From an uncultured Actinomycetes bacterium (GTDB taxonomy: Bacteria; Actinomycetota; Actinomycetes; UBA12327), in contig CAIXNN010000036.1 of NCBI GenBank assembly GCA_903920865.1, positions 27,165-91,164 of the forward strand: 64,000 nt of DNA. The letters run 5' to 3'. Below the pieces are notes generated by a model. That model ran no database searches and had not been told where the DNA came from. It saw only the letters and a list, made by a program, of their open reading frames with translations. Below, one piece after another: positions 38,629 through 50,835 of this stretch (positions are counted from its first letter, which is position 1; each line of letters opens with the position of its first letter). The position numbers and the translations under genes are program-made.

Positions 38629-39659
38629 TGGATGAAGACTTTGTCACCGCTCAAGCTGACCCGATTGAACGTGCAGCTGAATCTGCACTGCGTCCGAAAA
38701 GTTTGCAGGAGTTTGTCGGTCAACAGCGAGTGCGCGATCAACTATCGCTGGTCTTGCAAGCGGCTCTGGCCCGTGGGGGAACGGCTGACCACGTGTTGTT
38801 CGCTGGTCCTCCTGGCCTGGGTAAGACCACCTTGGCCATGATCGTGGCCCAAGAAATGGGTATGCCGCTGCGGATCACCAGTGGTCCTGCCTTGCAGAAC
38901 GCAGGAGATCTCGCGGCGCTGCTGTCCGATATTCGTGAAGGTGAAGTTCTCTTTGTTGACGAGATTCATCGCATGGCTCGAACTGCTGAGGAAATGCTCT
39001 ACATGGCGATGGAGGACTTCCGAGTGGACATCGTGGTCGGCAAAGGGCCAGGTTCGACAAGCATCCCGCTTGAGGTACCGCGCTTTACGCTCATCGGCGC
39101 GACGACCCGATCGGGATTATTGCCAGCACCATTGCGAGACCGGTTCGGTTTTACTGCGCAGCTTGACTTTTATGAACCAGCAGACTTGTCATCGATCATC
39201 GTTCGCTCAGCTGGCCTGCTCAATGTCGACATTGACGACTCATCAGTGGTGGAGATTTCCACCCGAAGCCGTGGAACTCCGCGCATCGCCAACCGGTTAC
39301 TGCGTCGAGTGCGTGACTATGCACAAGTGCATGCGGATTCTCGCATTAGTCAATCGGTGACGCAGCAGGCATTGGAGCTCTTTGACGTTGACGAGATAGG
39401 CCTGGACCGCCTTGACCGTTTAGTGCTTACTGCCCTGATTGATTCCTTCGCTGGCGGACCGGTGGGGCTATCGACCTTGGCTGTGGCCGTTGGGGAAGAG
39501 CGTGAGACGGTCGAAGAGGTGGCCGAACCGTTCCTGGTGCGCTCGGGCCTGTTGGCGCGCACCTCTCGAGGCCGGGTGGCTACGCCGGCTGCATGGGTGC
39601 ACCTTGGGCGCACACCACCTGCTCCCACGCCCGATTTTTCGCTATTTGAGTCTCAATGA
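38628..39659 (+). CDS. ruvB: Holliday junction DNA helicase subunit RuvB
   Basis: Walker [10 protein letters not shown], Walker B LFVDEIHR, sensor and arginine-finger regions. 343 aa. Confidence 0.95.
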   Translation: MDEDFVTAQADPIERAAESALRPKSLQEFVGQQRVRDQLSLVLQAALARGGTADHVLFAGPPGLGKTTLAMIVAQEMGMPLRITSGPALQNAGDLAALLSDIREGEVLFVDEIHRMARTAEEMLYMAMEDFRVDIVVGKGPGSTSIPLEVPRFTLIGATTRSGLLPAPLRDRFGFTAQLDFYEPADLSSIIVRSAGLLNVDIDDSSVVEISTRSRGTPRIANRLLRRVRDYAQVHADSRISQSVTQQALELFDVDEIGLDRLDRLVLTALIDSFAGGPVGLSTLAVAVGEERETVEEVAEPFLVRSGLLARTSRGRVATPAAWVHLGRTPPAPTPDFSLFESQ

Positions 39660-39757
39660 CGCGCCGAATCTGACCTACCGCTACCTATTGGTGGGGCGGT
39701 CGGCGATACTTGGCATCCCCCTGCGCAAGTAGCGCGTGGGCAGGTGTCCCCATAAGG

Positions 39758-41320
39758 ATGGCGAGCGTGGCTTCCTCTGCTTATCGTCCGTCAAGAACTC
39801 TAGGCATTCTCGCCGCCGTTTTATTGGCGCTTGCGGCGTGGTTGCTCTGGCCCTTGGCTAACGAATCGTTGACCCCCAACCTTGGTCTGGACCTTCGCGG
39901 TGGCACCTCGGTCACGTTGAAGCCCAATGTGGCGCAGGGATCATTTACCCAAGACCAGATTGATCAAGCTGTTCAAATCATTCGTCAACGTGTTAACAGT
40001 CTCGGTGTTGCAGAAGCTGAGGTTACGACGCAGGGCAATGGCGCTAACTCCATCGTGGTTGTGTCAATCCCAGGTGTTAATCAAAAGCGCATCGTTGACC
40101 TGGTCGGTCAAACCGCGCAACTGAACTTCCGTCCCGTGATTGAAGAAGCAGCTGGCACGCCAACCAAGGTCAAGGGCAAGACGGTGAAGGTCAAGCCGCT
40201 TCCGATCCAGACCTCATCGCCATCGGCGGCCTTCCAGGCGCAATTTGTGGCGTTGGATTGCACCAACCCCAAAACGCGCGTAAGTACTAAGCCCGATGAC
40301 CCCAACCAGTACTTGATTACCTGTTCGCAGCAAGGCGAGGCCAAGTATTTGCTGTCCAAGACTGCGGTCAAGGGCGAGAACATCTCTGATGCTTCGGCTA
40401 CGTTGCGCCAACAGGGGGTGGGCGAGTGGATCGTCAACCTGTCCTTTGATGGAACCGGAACCAAGCAGTTTGCCGAGACCACCCAAAGTTTGACCAGTCA
40501 AAAGGCTCCGCAGAACCAGTTCGCCATTGTTTTGGACGGGCTTGTGGTTTCGGCTCCATCAGTGAATGAAGCCATTACCGGTGGGCGTGCTGAGATCTCT
40601 GGCAAGTTCACCCAACAGTCGGCGACCGACCTGGCCAACGTGTTGAAGTTCGGTGCACTCCCGGTGGCCTTCGATATTCAATCCATTGACTCAGTCTCGG
40701 CCACACTTGGACAAGACCAACTCAAGGCCGGATTGATCGCTGGTGGCCTTGGTCTGCTGCTCGTGGTCGTGTACTTGTTGCTCTACTACCGCGCATTGGG
40801 ATTGGTTGCTGTTGCCAGCCTTGCGGTGGCGGGATTCCTTACCTACACCTTGTTCGTCCTGCTGGGCCGAACGATTGGTTTCACTTTGACGCTGGCCGGT
40901 GTTGCTGGTGCCATTGTCGCCATCGGTATTACCGCCGACTCGTTCATTGTCTACTTCGAACGAATTCGTGATGAAGTACGAGATCGCAAGTCGTTGCGAG
41001 TGGCCGTTGAGTCAGGTTGGTTGAGGGCTCGTCGGACGATCTTGGCTGCCGACTTTGTGTCCCTGCTGGCTGCCGGAGTGCTCTACTTCGTATCGGTTGG
41101 CAATGTCCGAGGATTTGCGTTCGTTCTAGGGCTGACCACCATCATTGACATTGTCGTGGTGTTCACCTTCACGCGACCGTTGATCGCGATCTTGGCTAAC
41201 CGTCCGTTCTTCGCCCAGGGCAATAGCTTGTCCGGTGTTGATCCACGCAGATTGGGTGTTGATGTTCCAGAACCTGCCCAGACACAAGCCGCTGTCACTG
41301 CCAGCTCTGAGGAGGTCTGA
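39758..41320 (+). CDS. secD: Protein translocase subunit SecD
   Basis: Start taken at the Met at 39758 (the ORF is open from 39710). One TM, a large periplasmic domain (LGLDLRGGTSVTL), then 5 C-terminal TMs. Confidence 0.9.
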   Translation: MASVASSAYRPSRTLGILAAVLLALAAWLLWPLANESLTPNLGLDLRGGTSVTLKPNVAQGSFTQDQIDQAVQIIRQRVNSLGVAEAEVTTQGNGANSIVVVSIPGVNQKRIVDLVGQTAQLNFRPVIEEAAGTPTKVKGKTVKVKPLPIQTSSPSAAFQAQFVALDCTNPKTRVSTKPDDPNQYLITCSQQGEAKYLLSKTAVKGENISDASATLRQQGVGEWIVNLSFDGTGTKQFAETTQSLTSQKAPQNQFAIVLDGLVVSAPSVNEAITGGRAEISGKFTQQSATDLANVLKFGALPVAFDIQSIDSVSATLGQDQLKAGLIAGGLGLLLVVVYLLLYYRALGLVAVASLAVAGFLTYTLFVLLGRTIGFTLTLAGVAGAIVAIGITADSFIVYFERIRDEVRDRKSLRVAVESGWLRARRTILAADFVSLLAAGVLYFVSVGNVRGFAFVLGLTTIIDIVVVFTFTRPLIAILANRPFFAQGNSLSGVDPRRLGVDVPEPAQTQAAVTASSEEV

Positions 41321-42426
41321 TGTCTCGCCTTGGTGATTTGGGTAACCGCCTTTACCGCGGTCAGTTGCAATATGACTTCATTGCACGCCGACGTCGCTGG
41401 TATGCCATCAGTGGACTCATCGTCGTGATCTGCGCTCTCTCATTGGGTATTCGTGGCCTGAATTTTGGGGTTGAGTTCACCGGAGGAACTGTCTTCCAGG
41501 TTGAGGCGCAACAAGGCACGATTGAACAGGCGCGCACCGCCATGACTAAGGCTGGCGTGAACAACGCCGTTGTGCAGCGGATCAATGGCAACAAGTTTCG
41601 GATTCAAACCGAAGCACTGACCGAGTCTGAGCGAAACAAGGCAGTTACGTCTTTGAGCAAAACACTCTCGGTCAAAGAAGACACGGTTACGGTCCAGTTC
41701 GTTGGTCCGTCCTGGGGATCTGAGATCACTAAGAAGGCTGTTACCGGCTTAGTGGTGTTCTTGATCTTGGTCGTGATCTTCCTCAGTATTTACTTTGAGT
41801 TCAAGATGGCCATGGCTGCTTTGGTGGCGCTGATTCACGACGTCTTGATCACGGTCGGGGTGTATTCGTTGCTTGGTCTTGAAGTCACGCCAGCTACCGT
41901 CATTGGAGTGCTCACGATTTTGGGTTATTCCCTTTATGACACCGTGGTGGTCTTCGACAAGGTTCGGGAAAACACCAAGGGCCTTGCTGGTAGCAGCCGG
42001 ATGACCTATAGCCAAGCGGCCAATCTGGCTGTTAATCAAACCTTGGTTCGGTCCATCAATACTTCGGTGGTGGCCTTGCTACCCGTGGTTGCGATCTTGA
42101 TCGGTGCGGTTGGACTCTTGGGAGCAGGAACGCTCCAAGAACTCGGTGTGGCTTTGTTCGTTGGAATCGCTGCTGGTACTTACAGTTCCATTTTCATCGC
42201 CACACCACTGCTTACTGACTTCAAAGAGCGCGAACCGGCGATGCAGGCCCTTGCTCGTCGGGTCGAACAAAAGCAAGCAGCCGGACCGAAGGCAGACAAG
42301 AAGGCCAAAGGCACAGCAGCAACCACACCCGGGGAACCGGTAGCGGCGGTTGCATCGGCGCCTGCTCAAGCAGCCGGAAAGCGTCAGCAGCCAGCACGGA
42401 AGTCTCGGTCCAAGAAGCGTCGCTGA
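41320..42426 (+). CDS. secF: Protein translocase subunit SecF, with a Lys/Ala-rich C-terminal tail
   Basis: 1-nt overlap with secD. GLNFGVEFTGGT and the SSD-type 6-TM core. The last ~70 aa are a basic low-complexity tail. Confidence 0.9.
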   Translation: MSRLGDLGNRLYRGQLQYDFIARRRRWYAISGLIVVICALSLGIRGLNFGVEFTGGTVFQVEAQQGTIEQARTAMTKAGVNNAVVQRINGNKFRIQTEALTESERNKAVTSLSKTLSVKEDTVTVQFVGPSWGSEITKKAVTGLVVFLILVVIFLSIYFEFKMAMAALVALIHDVLITVGVYSLLGLEVTPATVIGVLTILGYSLYDTVVVFDKVRENTKGLAGSSRMTYSQAANLAVNQTLVRSINTSVVALLPVVAILIGAVGLLGAGTLQELGVALFVGIAAGTYSSIFIATPLLTDFKEREPAMQALARRVEQKQAAGPKADKKAKGTAATTPGEPVAAVASAPAQAAGKRQQPARKSRSKKRR

Positions 42427-42487
42427 TCTGACTTGTGCATGGGCGCTGGCCGGTGTGACCTTCTAGGATGTGTTCAGGGAGGTTGCC

Positions 42488-44758
42488 ATGTCTGATGACT
42501 CCGTGACCTTGCCTGTCAGCGATTCGAGCGCCTCAAGGCTCACCCGCTTGACGCGCCGTGGTCGTAGTGCGGTTACCTCCCCTGAACTTGAGGCCGTGTC
42601 GAAGTCCATTCGTCAGCATTACCCCAAAGCCGATCAACGTGACTTGCAGTTGGCCTTTGAGATTGCAGAAGGCAGTCATCGCGGACAAACCCGAAAATCG
42701 GGGGAGCCCTACATCACTCACCCGGTTCAGGTGGCGGAAATTCTGGCTGATCTGGGGATGCCCGTACCTGTGCTGGTCGCAGCACTGCTGCACGACACTG
42801 TTGAGGATACGGACTATTCCCTTGAGGAATTGCGACAAACTTTTGGCGATGAGGTCGCTGAACTTGTCGACGGCGTAACCAAGCTGGACAAGTTGCGCTA
42901 CGGCAAGGCAGCCCAAGCCGAGACTGTTCGCAAAATGGTCGTTGCCATGGCGCGAGATATCCGAGTCCTGGTGATCAAACTTGCTGATCGCCTGCACAAC
43001 ATGCGCACGCTCGGTGTTCTTCCCATTGACAAGCAGGAAGCAAAGGCGCAAGAAACCCTCGAAATCTATGCCCCACTTGCTCATCGCTTGGGAATGAATG
43101 CGATCAAATGGGAACTCGAAGATCTTGCCTTTGGGACGTTGTATCCAAAGATGTTTGACGAAATCAAAGAGTTGGTAGATCAGCGTGCACCCGAGCGCGA
43201 TCAATACTTGGCCGATGTGATTGCTCAGGTCAGTCACGACCTAGGTGATGCTGGGATTAAGGCCACTGTGACCGGCCGGCCGAAGCATCTGTACTCGGTG
43301 TATCAAAAGATGATCGTTCGGGGACGCGATTTCACTGACATCTACGATCTCGTGGGCGTGCGAATTTTGGTTGAGGACCTACGCGATTGTTATGGAGCCC
43401 TCGGCGCAGTGCATGCGCGGTGGAATCCGGTACCTGGTCGCTTCAAGGACTACATCGCGATGCCGAAGTTCAACATGTATGAATCTCTGCATACGACCGT
43501 GATCGGCCCATCGGGCAAGCCGGTGGAGCTACAGATTCGCACCTATGCCATGCACCGTCGGGCCGAGTACGGCATCGCATCGCATTGGAAGTACAAGGAA
43601 GATTCCGATGGCCGCACCACCGGAGTGCGCGATGCCGCAGACATGTACTGGCTTAAGCAACTGCTGGATTGGCAACAAGAAACAGCCGACCCCAGCGAAT
43701 TCCTTGATGGGCTTCGGTACGACTTGGGAGCTGCTGAAGTCTTTGTGTTCACCCCCAAGGGCGATGTCCTGGCGCTGCCCGTGGGGTCCACGCCTGTTGA
43801 CATGGCCTATGCGGTGCACACTGAAATCGGCCACCGCTGTATGGGCGCTCGGGTCAATGGTCGGTTGGTGCCGCTGGAGTCGGTACTTGAAAACGGCGAT
43901 GTTGTGGAAATTTTCACGTCAAAGGGCGAAGGGGCCGGTCCGTCAAGAGATTGGCTGAACTTTGTTGGAAGTACACGGGCAAAGAATCGCATCAAGTCGT
44001 GGTTCTCCAAGGAGCGTCGTGAAGAAGCCAGCGAACATGGTCGTGACGAGCTTGCCAAGGCGATTCGAAAAGAGGGCCTGCCGTTGCGTGTGATGTCCGG
44101 CGATGCACTTGATTCTGTTGCTACCCAAATGCATCACGGTGATATCCAGGGCCTGTTTGTGGCCATTGGCGAAAACCACGTAGCAGCATCCACCGTGGTT
44201 GCACGTCTAGTGGCAGCTCTGGGTGGGACCCAAACCCTGGCCGAGGACCTCACCGAGACCGACCTCCCAGCCGTTGAGGCGAGGATTTCGCGGTCCCGCG
44301 GTGAATCTGGGGTGGACGTAGTCGGCGCCAGCGATGTCTGGACCAAGCTGGCGCGTTGTTGTACGCCGGTGCCAGGAGATCAGGTCGTAGGTTTTGTCAC
44401 CCGTGGCAGTGGGGTCTCCGTGCACCGAGCGGACTGCTTCAATATTGAAAATATTCATGCGCTGGGGGACCAAGAGGATCGCTTCGTCGACGTTGAGTGG
44501 GCACTGACAGCTCAGTCGATGTTCTTAGTCAATATCCAAGTTGAGGCGCTAGATCGTGCTCGCCTGCTCTCTGATGTGACTCGAGCCTTGTCCGATCAAC
44601 ATGTCAATATCTTGTCGGCTTCAGTGAGCACGTCAAAGGATCGTATTGCTTTGAGTCGCTTTACTTTCGAAATGGCCGACCCGATGCACCTAGATGCGGT
44701 GCTACGAACAGTGCGAAGCGTGCCGGGAGTATTTGACGTCTACCGCGTTACTGGCTGA
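42488..44758 (+). CDS. relA: Bifunctional (p)ppGpp synthetase/hydrolase RelA/SpoT
   Basis: HD hydrolase domain (HDTVEDT), synthetase domain ([18 protein letters not shown]), TGS and ACT C-terminus. GGGAGG RBS precedes the ATG at 42488. Confidence 0.93.
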   Translation: MSDDSVTLPVSDSSASRLTRLTRRGRSAVTSPELEAVSKSIRQHYPKADQRDLQLAFEIAEGSHRGQTRKSGEPYITHPVQVAEILADLGMPVPVLVAALLHDTVEDTDYSLEELRQTFGDEVAELVDGVTKLDKLRYGKAAQAETVRKMVVAMARDIRVLVIKLADRLHNMRTLGVLPIDKQEAKAQETLEIYAPLAHRLGMNAIKWELEDLAFGTLYPKMFDEIKELVDQRAPERDQYLADVIAQVSHDLGDAGIKATVTGRPKHLYSVYQKMIVRGRDFTDIYDLVGVRILVEDLRDCYGALGAVHARWNPVPGRFKDYIAMPKFNMYESLHTTVIGPSGKPVELQIRTYAMHRRAEYGIASHWKYKEDSDGRTTGVRDAADMYWLKQLLDWQQETADPSEFLDGLRYDLGAAEVFVFTPKGDVLALPVGSTPVDMAYAVHTEIGHRCMGARVNGRLVPLESVLENGDVVEIFTSKGEGAGPSRDWLNFVGSTRAKNRIKSWFSKERREEASEHGRDELAKAIRKEGLPLRVMSGDALDSVATQMHHGDIQGLFVAIGENHVAASTVVARLVAALGGTQTLAEDLTETDLPAVEARISRSRGESGVDVVGASDVWTKLARCCTPVPGDQVVGFVTRGSGVSVHRADCFNIENIHALGDQEDRFVDVEWALTAQSMFLVNIQVEALDRARLLSDVTRALSDQHVNILSASVSTSKDRIALSRFTFEMADPMHLDAVLRTVRSVPGVFDVYRVTG

Positions 44759-45977
44759 ATTCGTTTAACGCCTGTTGAGCTTGGGCTAGCCATTCTTGGC
44801 GAGCATCGATAGATGCTTGGGCATCGGCAACCCCGCGCTCGTTGCTCTTACTGGCAGCTTCATCTCGCTTCTTTTCAAGCTTGGCGATGGCGGCGAGAAG
44901 TTGATCCACCGCATCTTGCGCGCGTGCCTTGGCTGCTGGGTCCTGACGGGTCCATTGGTCTTCTTCGGCGCGCCGGATTGCGTCTTCGACCTTCTTTAGG
45001 CGCTGTTCAAGTTTGGCTTTATCCTCGCGGGGGACATGACCGATGGCTTCCCATTGGCGAGTAATTTCGCGCAGCGATCCCTTGGCTGGTCCGATCTCCG
45101 TAATAGGCAAAAGTGCCTCGGCTTTAACCAGGAGTTCCTGCTTGGCGGTCAAATTGCTGGCCTGCTCGATGGCATCGCCGGCCTCTTTCTCGTTCTTACG
45201 CGCAAAAAATGCATCTTGAGCTGCCTTGAATCGCAGCCACAACAGTTCATCATCACCCTTGCCGGCACGGCCAGCTCGCTTCCACTGCGCCATCAAGTCC
45301 CTGAAACCGCGTGCGGTCTCTGTCAGGTCGGCGCTGTCCTTGAGTGATTCGGCTTCGGTTGCAAGGCGTTCCTTGATCACCTTGGCCTGTTCGCGTTCAA
45401 CATCAAGGGCTGCAAAATGTGCACGACGTGCGCGATCAAATGCGGTGCGGGCTGCGCTGAAGCGCTTCCACATGGCTTGTTCGGCGGAGCGGTCAACGCG
45501 GGGCGCATTTTTCCATTCATCGAGCAGCACCTTGAAGCGATCGCCAGAAGATTTCCATGACGTCGTTTGAGCAAGTTTCTCGGCCTCAACCACAATGGCT
45601 TCTCGATTGACAAGGGCCTGTGCCTTCTCAGCCTTTCGCTGTTCCTTGACCTCAGCCTTGCGCTGGTCAACAAGGGCAACTGACTGATCTAGGCGCTTGA
45701 TCAACGTGGCTAGGTCGCCAACGGCCGCTGCATTTTCGATTTGCTCCCGCAGTCGGGCAACGGTAGTCATGGCGGTTTCTGGGTCAACCCCGCCGGCCTT
45801 CAGGCGCTTTTCCAGCAGAGTCACTTCAGCGGCTAGACCATCAAAGCGTCGTTGGTAAAAGGACAAGCCTTCCTCAGGGGGGCCTGCTTGCCAGGAGCCA
45901 ATCAGACGCTCTGAGTCCTGAGTTCGGACATATACGTTGCCCGAATCGTCCACTCGACCCCAAGGAGCCTCAGTCAT
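44748..45977 (-). CDS. DUF349-domain protein
   Basis: 409 aa with repeated ~75-aa helical units containing W-x-R/K-F ([22 protein letters not shown]). It is the usual neighbour of relA in actinobacteria. 11-nt convergent overlap with relA. Confidence 0.8.
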   Translation of the reverse strand: MTEAPWGRVDDSGNVYVRTQDSERLIGSWQAGPPEEGLSFYQRRFDGLAAEVTLLEKRLKAGGVDPETAMTTVARLREQIENAAAVGDLATLIKRLDQSVALVDQRKAEVKEQRKAEKAQALVNREAIVVEAEKLAQTTSWKSSGDRFKVLLDEWKNAPRVDRSAEQAMWKRFSAARTAFDRARRAHFAALDVEREQAKVIKERLATEAESLKDSADLTETARGFRDLMAQWKRAGRAGKGDDELLWLRFKAAQDAFFARKNEKEAGDAIEQASNLTAKQELLVKAEALLPITEIGPAKGSLREITRQWEAIGHVPREDKAKLEQRLKKVEDAIRRAEEDQWTRQDPAAKARAQDAVDQLLAAIAKLEKKRDEAASKSNERGVADAQASIDARQEWLAQAQQALNEFSQ

Positions 45978-46048
45978 TAACGTCCTCTACTTCTGTCGGT
46001 AGCTCTTGCCTAACTGCTTGTCAGGGTAAGCCTACGGGCGTGGGGGAA

Positions 46049-46963
46049 TTACCCCGCTTTGCCACCGATTATGTTCGGATTATTGACGCTTTGGGTCTGG
46101 AATGAGTCAACCTTTTTCAAAATGAGACTTAATTTGGGATTGCCGTCCGTGCCGCCCCCTTGAACCCCACCCTTGGCGATCGATTCGACGATGTTGAGCC
46201 CCTTGGTGACTTCGCCAATCACGGTGTAATTAGGCGGTAGCGGGGAATCCTTGTACACAATGACGAACTGGCTGCCATTGGTGTTGGGACCGGCATTGGC
46301 CATGGCCACGATGCCTCTGGGGTAGATGACCGAACTTCCTGTGCCCAATGCGGTGAGGTTTTCATCTTTTGTCTTAAATCCCGGACCACCGCCACCGGTA
46401 CCAGTGGGGTCGCCACATTGCAGGACATAGATGCCAGCGGTGGTGAGGCGATGGCAGGCAGTGTTGTCAAAGTAGCCCTCTACCTGTCGAACTCCGCTGT
46501 TTTGGTCACCAGGCACGAGCACCTGAGAGGCGCCAGTGTTAGCAAGGAAGATCAGGGCCTTGGTATTTTCAGGAGCGCTCTGCGATTCAAGGTCGATCGT
46601 GATATCTCCGCAGTTGGTCTTCAGTTTTACACCCAGCGTTAGACCTTGGGCAAGAGTGATGTTTTCGGGCCCATTGGGGTATTGCTTGGCCACCGTCTGG
46701 AGTTTGGTAACCGGGGTGCACTTGTAGGCAACGGGAGCACTCGAGATGGTCGGGGTGGGCCTGCTAGCAGTGGTCGAGCCCGAGTTCGCCTTGGCAATAA
46801 CGGCTCCAATGACGATCAAGGCAATCACGACAACTCCGGCGATAACGGCGATGGTTCGGCCCCGGGACTTGGTGGCCGTAGCCGCTTGCTTGTCGAGTTG
46901 GCGTTGAAGTTTTTGCTTAGCCAACTCGCGTTCGCGCCTACTACCGGCCACTTTTCCTCCCAA
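46049..46963 (-). CDS. ppiB: Cyclophilin-type peptidyl-prolyl cis-trans isomerase, membrane-anchored
   Basis: N-terminal basic region plus TM helix. C-terminal cyclophilin domain (FHRLTTAGIYVLQCGDP, MANAGPNTNGSQFVIV). Confidence 0.8.
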   Translation of the reverse strand: MGGKVAGSRRERELAKQKLQRQLDKQAATATKSRGRTIAVIAGVVVIALIVIGAVIAKANSGSTTASRPTPTISSAPVAYKCTPVTKLQTVAKQYPNGPENITLAQGLTLGVKLKTNCGDITIDLESQSAPENTKALIFLANTGASQVLVPGDQNSGVRQVEGYFDNTACHRLTTAGIYVLQCGDPTGTGGGGPGFKTKDENLTALGTGSSVIYPRGIVAMANAGPNTNGSQFVIVYKDSPLPPNYTVIGEVTKGLNIVESIAKGGVQGGGTDGNPKLSLILKKVDSFQTQSVNNPNIIGGKAG

Positions 46964-47033
46964 TTACCGAGCGCCTTAATGCCGGTTACAGCTTGAGCCG
47001 CAACTGCCCGTCAAGGCCTAAGTCTAGAGCCGC

Positions 47034-47798
47034 GTGGGACTGCAGCCAATCCTGCCTGCCTCGGTAGGCTTGCAGGGAATTGACGGATCGAACCATCGGA
47101 GGGTTCCTGTGCTCGTAGCTGGCTTTCCAGCCGTAGCTTTTGGCACAAATTGCTATGTGCTGGCCACTGGCCCTGGGCAAGAGTGCGTTGTGGTCGATCC
47201 TGGCACCGATGTCACAGCGCAACTCGATGAGATCATCGCTGATAATCGGCTGAAGCCAGTCGCGGTGCTCTTGACCCATGGGCACTTGGATCACACTTTT
47301 TCCGTCACGCCGGTGTGTGGGGCTCGCGGCATTCCAGCATGGATTCATTCGGGGGATCGTCACCTGTTGTCCGACCCGATGGCCGGACTATCGGCAGAAT
47401 CGCGCGAGTTTTTCGGCGGCCGCTTAACGTGGAGCGAACCGGAGGATATTAAGGAACTCATTGACGGTGCGGTGATGGATATCGCTGGGATGCAGATAAC
47501 CGTTGATCATGCGCCTGGCCACACGTCAGGATCAGTGATGTTTAGGCCAGCTATGGGCTCAGACGAGTCGCCTCTGTTAATTTCGGGCGATGTGTTGTTT
47601 AAGGAGGGCATTGGTCGCACCGATTTGCCCGGTGGTTCACCCGAACTCATGCAAGTGAGTTTGCGGACTAAGTGCTTAACCCTTGACGATGCCACGGTGG
47701 TTTTGCCTGGACATGGAGATGCCACCACCATCGGATCCGAACGCGCAAATAATCCCTTTATTGACGGTGCCGGCACTGGTCCTTCACGAGGTCTGTGA
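47034..47798 (+). CDS. MBL-fold metallo-hydrolase (glyoxalase II-like); start probably downstream of 47034
   Basis: [11 protein letters not shown] is the HxHxDH zinc motif, with further His/Asp ligands downstream. Confidence 0.75.
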   Translation: MGLQPILPASVGLQGIDGSNHRRVPVLVAGFPAVAFGTNCYVLATGPGQECVVVDPGTDVTAQLDEIIADNRLKPVAVLLTHGHLDHTFSVTPVCGARGIPAWIHSGDRHLLSDPMAGLSAESREFFGGRLTWSEPEDIKELIDGAVMDIAGMQITVDHAPGHTSGSVMFRPAMGSDESPLLISGDVLFKEGIGRTDLPGGSPELMQVSLRTKCLTLDDATVVLPGHGDATTIGSERANNPFIDGAGTGPSRGL

Positions 47799-49090
47799 TG
47801 ACTGAATTTTTGAAGGCTCCAAAGGGCACCTTTGATGTACTGCCGCCTGATGGCCAAGAGTTGCTTCGCGTGCGATCGGTGCTTGGCGAGCACATTCAGG
47901 CCGCGGGCTACAGCTACATCGAAACACCAACCTTCGAAGATACTTCGCTCTTCGTTAGAGGTGTTGGCCAATCAACCGATGTTGTTTCCAAAGAGATGTA
48001 CTCCTTCACGACTAAGGGTGATGACGACCTGACCTTGCGTCCTGAAGGCACCGCATCGGTTATGCGAGCTGTCCTCGAGCACGGGATCCACAAGGGCGCG
48101 TTGCCAGCCAAGTTGTGGTACTCGGGCTCGTTCTACCGATATGAGCGGCCCCAGGCCGGTCGTTTCAGGCATTTTTCGCAAGTCGGTGCTGAGGCAATTG
48201 GCAGTAATGATCCCGTTCTCGATGCCGAACTCATCGTCGTGGCGATGGACTCCTTCAAGGCACTAGGCCTAAAGCGAGTGAACTTGTTGCTCAACTCGTT
48301 GGGGGATTCCTCTGATCGCCCTGCCTATCGACAAGCACTTGTTAAATTTCTTTCCGGACTAGATCTTGATGAAGCTACCCGCGAGCGGGCCGCCATTAAT
48401 CCCTTGCGAGTTCTCGATGACAAGCGAGAGGTTGTGCGTGCGCAACTACTTGATGCGCCAGTGATGACCGATTTTCTCTCCGATCACAACCGTGCGCACT
48501 TTGACAAAGTCCAAGCCTTGCTCACTAGCGCGGGGATTGAGTGGACTAAAGCACCTCACCTGGTCCGCGGACTTGATTACTACACCCGTACCGCATTTGA
48601 ATTTGTCCATGATGGTCTAGGTGCTCAGTCTGCCGTTGGTGGTGGCGGTCGCTATGACGGTTTGAGTGGGTCCCTTGGCGGACCGGACTTGCCTTCCGTT
48701 GGCTGGGCCATCGGCGTGGATCGAACATTGCTGGCCATGCGTGCCGAAGAAGTATTAGCTCAACAATCGGCCGTGCCGGTCGTTGACGTATTTGCTGTTC
48801 CCATTGGCCAGGCTGCTAGCGATCTGGCATTTGACATTGTTACGGCCTTGCGAAGAGCTGGAATTAGTGCTGACCTGGCCGTGGATGGGCGCGGTTTGAA
48901 GGGCGCGATGAAGTCTGCAGACCGAACTGGCGCAAAAATCGCCATTGTCATGGGGGAGCGCGACTTGGAGCAAGGTGTTGTTCAACTCAAGACAATGGAA
49001 ACCGGTGAACAGGTGTCGGTGCCGATCGCAGATGCCGTTAGTGGTGTCATTAGTGCTTTGAAAAGTGCACCCGGAAGGAAATCTTTGTGA
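47795..49090 (+). CDS. hisS: Histidine--tRNA ligase
   Basis: Class II motifs plus HisRS-specific RPEGTAS and GGGRYDGL. 4-nt overlap with the upstream gene. Confidence 0.95.
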   Translation: MMTEFLKAPKGTFDVLPPDGQELLRVRSVLGEHIQAAGYSYIETPTFEDTSLFVRGVGQSTDVVSKEMYSFTTKGDDDLTLRPEGTASVMRAVLEHGIHKGALPAKLWYSGSFYRYERPQAGRFRHFSQVGAEAIGSNDPVLDAELIVVAMDSFKALGLKRVNLLLNSLGDSSDRPAYRQALVKFLSGLDLDEATRERAAINPLRVLDDKREVVRAQLLDAPVMTDFLSDHNRAHFDKVQALLTSAGIEWTKAPHLVRGLDYYTRTAFEFVHDGLGAQSAVGGGGRYDGLSGSLGGPDLPSVGWAIGVDRTLLAMRAEEVLAQQSAVPVVDVFAVPIGQAASDLAFDIVTALRRAGISADLAVDGRGLKGAMKSADRTGAKIAIVMGERDLEQGVVQLKTMETGEQVSVPIADAVSGVISALKSAPGRKSL

Positions 49091-50835
49091 TTCGCACCCG
49101 CGAAGCCGGCACGATTCGCCGCAATGATGATGGCGGCTCCGTAGTCCTGGCCGGCTGGATTGCGCGCCGTCGAGACCACGGTGGCGTGGCTTTCTTTGAC
49201 GTTCGCGACGCATCGGGCGTAGTCCAGGTGGTTGTTCATGACGCAGATATTGCCCATGGCTTGCGCAACGAAACCTGCGTAAAGATTGCCGGGTCCGTTC
49301 GAGTGCGCCCCGATGGCAACGAAAACGCAGATCTGCCCACGGGTGAGATCGAAGTCGTTGCGCAAGACGTTGAGGTGCTTTCTCAATCTGCCCCATTGCC
49401 CTTTCAAATTGATGATCAAATTGAAGTGGGCGAAGAGGCACGTCTGAAGTGGCGTTACTTGGATCTGCGTCGAAGCGGTCCCTCACGTGCACTGCGGATG
49501 CGAAGTGAAGCCAATCGGATCGCGCGAGATGTCTTACATAAGCACAACTTCGTAGAGATTGAAACGCCTACGCTCACCGCCTCCACTCCTGAAGGTGCTC
49601 GAGACTTCCTGGTACCAGCTCGGCTCAAGCCCGGAACCTGGTACGCGCTGCCGCAGTCACCTCAGTTGTTCAAGCAACTGCTGATGGTTGCGGGCATGGA
49701 GCGCTACTACCAAATTGCCCGTTGCTATCGCGATGAAGATTTCCGTGCAGATCGTCAACCAGAATTCACCCAACTTGATATTGAAATGTCCTTTGTTGAG
49801 CAAGATGACATCATCGCCTTAGGTGAAGAAGTTGTTCGCGCCCTTTGGCAGGGGACTATTGATCACACCATCGGTGAAATTCCACGCATGACCTACGCCG
49901 ATGCAATGAACAGGTACGGCACGGACAAGCCCGATCTGCGCTTTGACCTTGAATTGACTGACCTGACTGCCTACTTCGCAGACACTGAGTTCAGGGTTTT
50001 CCAGGCCGAACATGTGGGCGCTGTGGTGATGCCCGGTGGGGCAGATCAGCCACGTCGCCAATTTGACGCTTGGCAAGAGTGGGCCAAGCAGCGTGGAGCC
50101 CGCGGTCTTGCCTATGTCAGCTTTGACGAAAGCGGAGAGCTGACAGGTCCGGTTGCCAAGAACCTTTCGGATACTGAACGTGCGGGATTGATGGCAGCGG
50201 TCGGTGCCAAGCCAGGGGACTGCGCGTTCTTTGCCGCCGGTAAGCGTTCGGACGCGCTAGGTCTTCTTGGTGCGGCGCGCCTAGAAATTGGTAAGCGCTG
50301 TGAGCTCATCGATGAAAGTCAATGGTCATTTGTCTGGGTCGTAGATGCACCCATGTTTGAAGCCATTGTCGATGATGACGGCAATGACGGTTGGACCGCT
50401 GTTCATCATCCATTTACTGCTCCCAATGCGCACTGGGCCGACACGTTCACGCAACAACCCGGTGAAGCGCTTGCTTGGGCCTACGACATTGTCTGCAACG
50501 GCAATGAAATTGGTGGTGGATCTATCCGAATCCACCAACCCGGTATGCAGGCCGACGTCTTTAATGTTTTGGGAATCACTTCGGAAGAAGCCGAAAGTAA
50601 ATTTGGGTTCTTGCTCGAAGCCTTTAAGTACGGTCCGCCTCCGCATGGCGGCATTGCACTGGGTTGGGATCGCATTTGCATGCTCCTTGCTGGAGCAAAT
50701 TCATTGCGCGAAGTCATTGCCTTCCCCAAGACCGGTGGGGGACACGATCCACTGACGGGTGCACCAACGGTGATTACGCCTCGTCAGAGGTTGGAAGCCG
50801 GCATTGACGCAAAGCCTGAGCTGAACCAGGAATAG
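49087..50835 (+). CDS. aspS: Aspartate--tRNA ligase
   Basis: N-terminal OB anticodon-binding domain, class IIb core ([18 protein letters not shown]), GAD insertion and C-terminal motif 3 (GGGSIRIH). Confidence 0.95.
   Translation: MIRTREAGTIRRNDDGGSVVLAGWIARRRDHGGVAFFDVRDASGVVQVVVHDADIAHGLRNETCVKIAGSVRVRPDGNENADLPTGEIEVVAQDVEVLSQSAPLPFQIDDQIEVGEEARLKWRYLDLRRSGPSRALRMRSEANRIARDVLHKHNFVEIETPTLTASTPEGARDFLVPARLKPGTWYALPQSPQLFKQLLMVAGMERYYQIARCYRDEDFRADRQPEFTQLDIEMSFVEQDDIIALGEEVVRALWQGTIDHTIGEIPRMTYADAMNRYGTDKPDLRFDLELTDLTAYFADTEFRVFQAEHVGAVVMPGGADQPRRQFDAWQEWAKQRGARGLAYVSFDESGELTGPVAKNLSDTERAGLMAAVGAKPGDCAFFAAGKRSDALGLLGAARLEIGKRCELIDESQWSFVWVVDAPMFEAIVDDDGNDGWTAVHHPFTAPNAHWADTFTQQPGEALAWAYDIVCNGNEIGGGSIRIHQPGMQADVFNVLGITSEEAESKFGFLLEAFKYGPPPHGGIALGWDRICMLLAGANSLREVIAFPKTGGGHDPLTGAPTVITPRQRLEAGIDAKPELNQE

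Noticed and set aside
45978-46048. Inverted repeat GTGGGGGAATTACCCCGC downstream of ppiB as a terminator
   Set aside because: The stem is imperfect and no U-tract sits in the right orientation for the minus-strand gene, so it is not reported as a feature.
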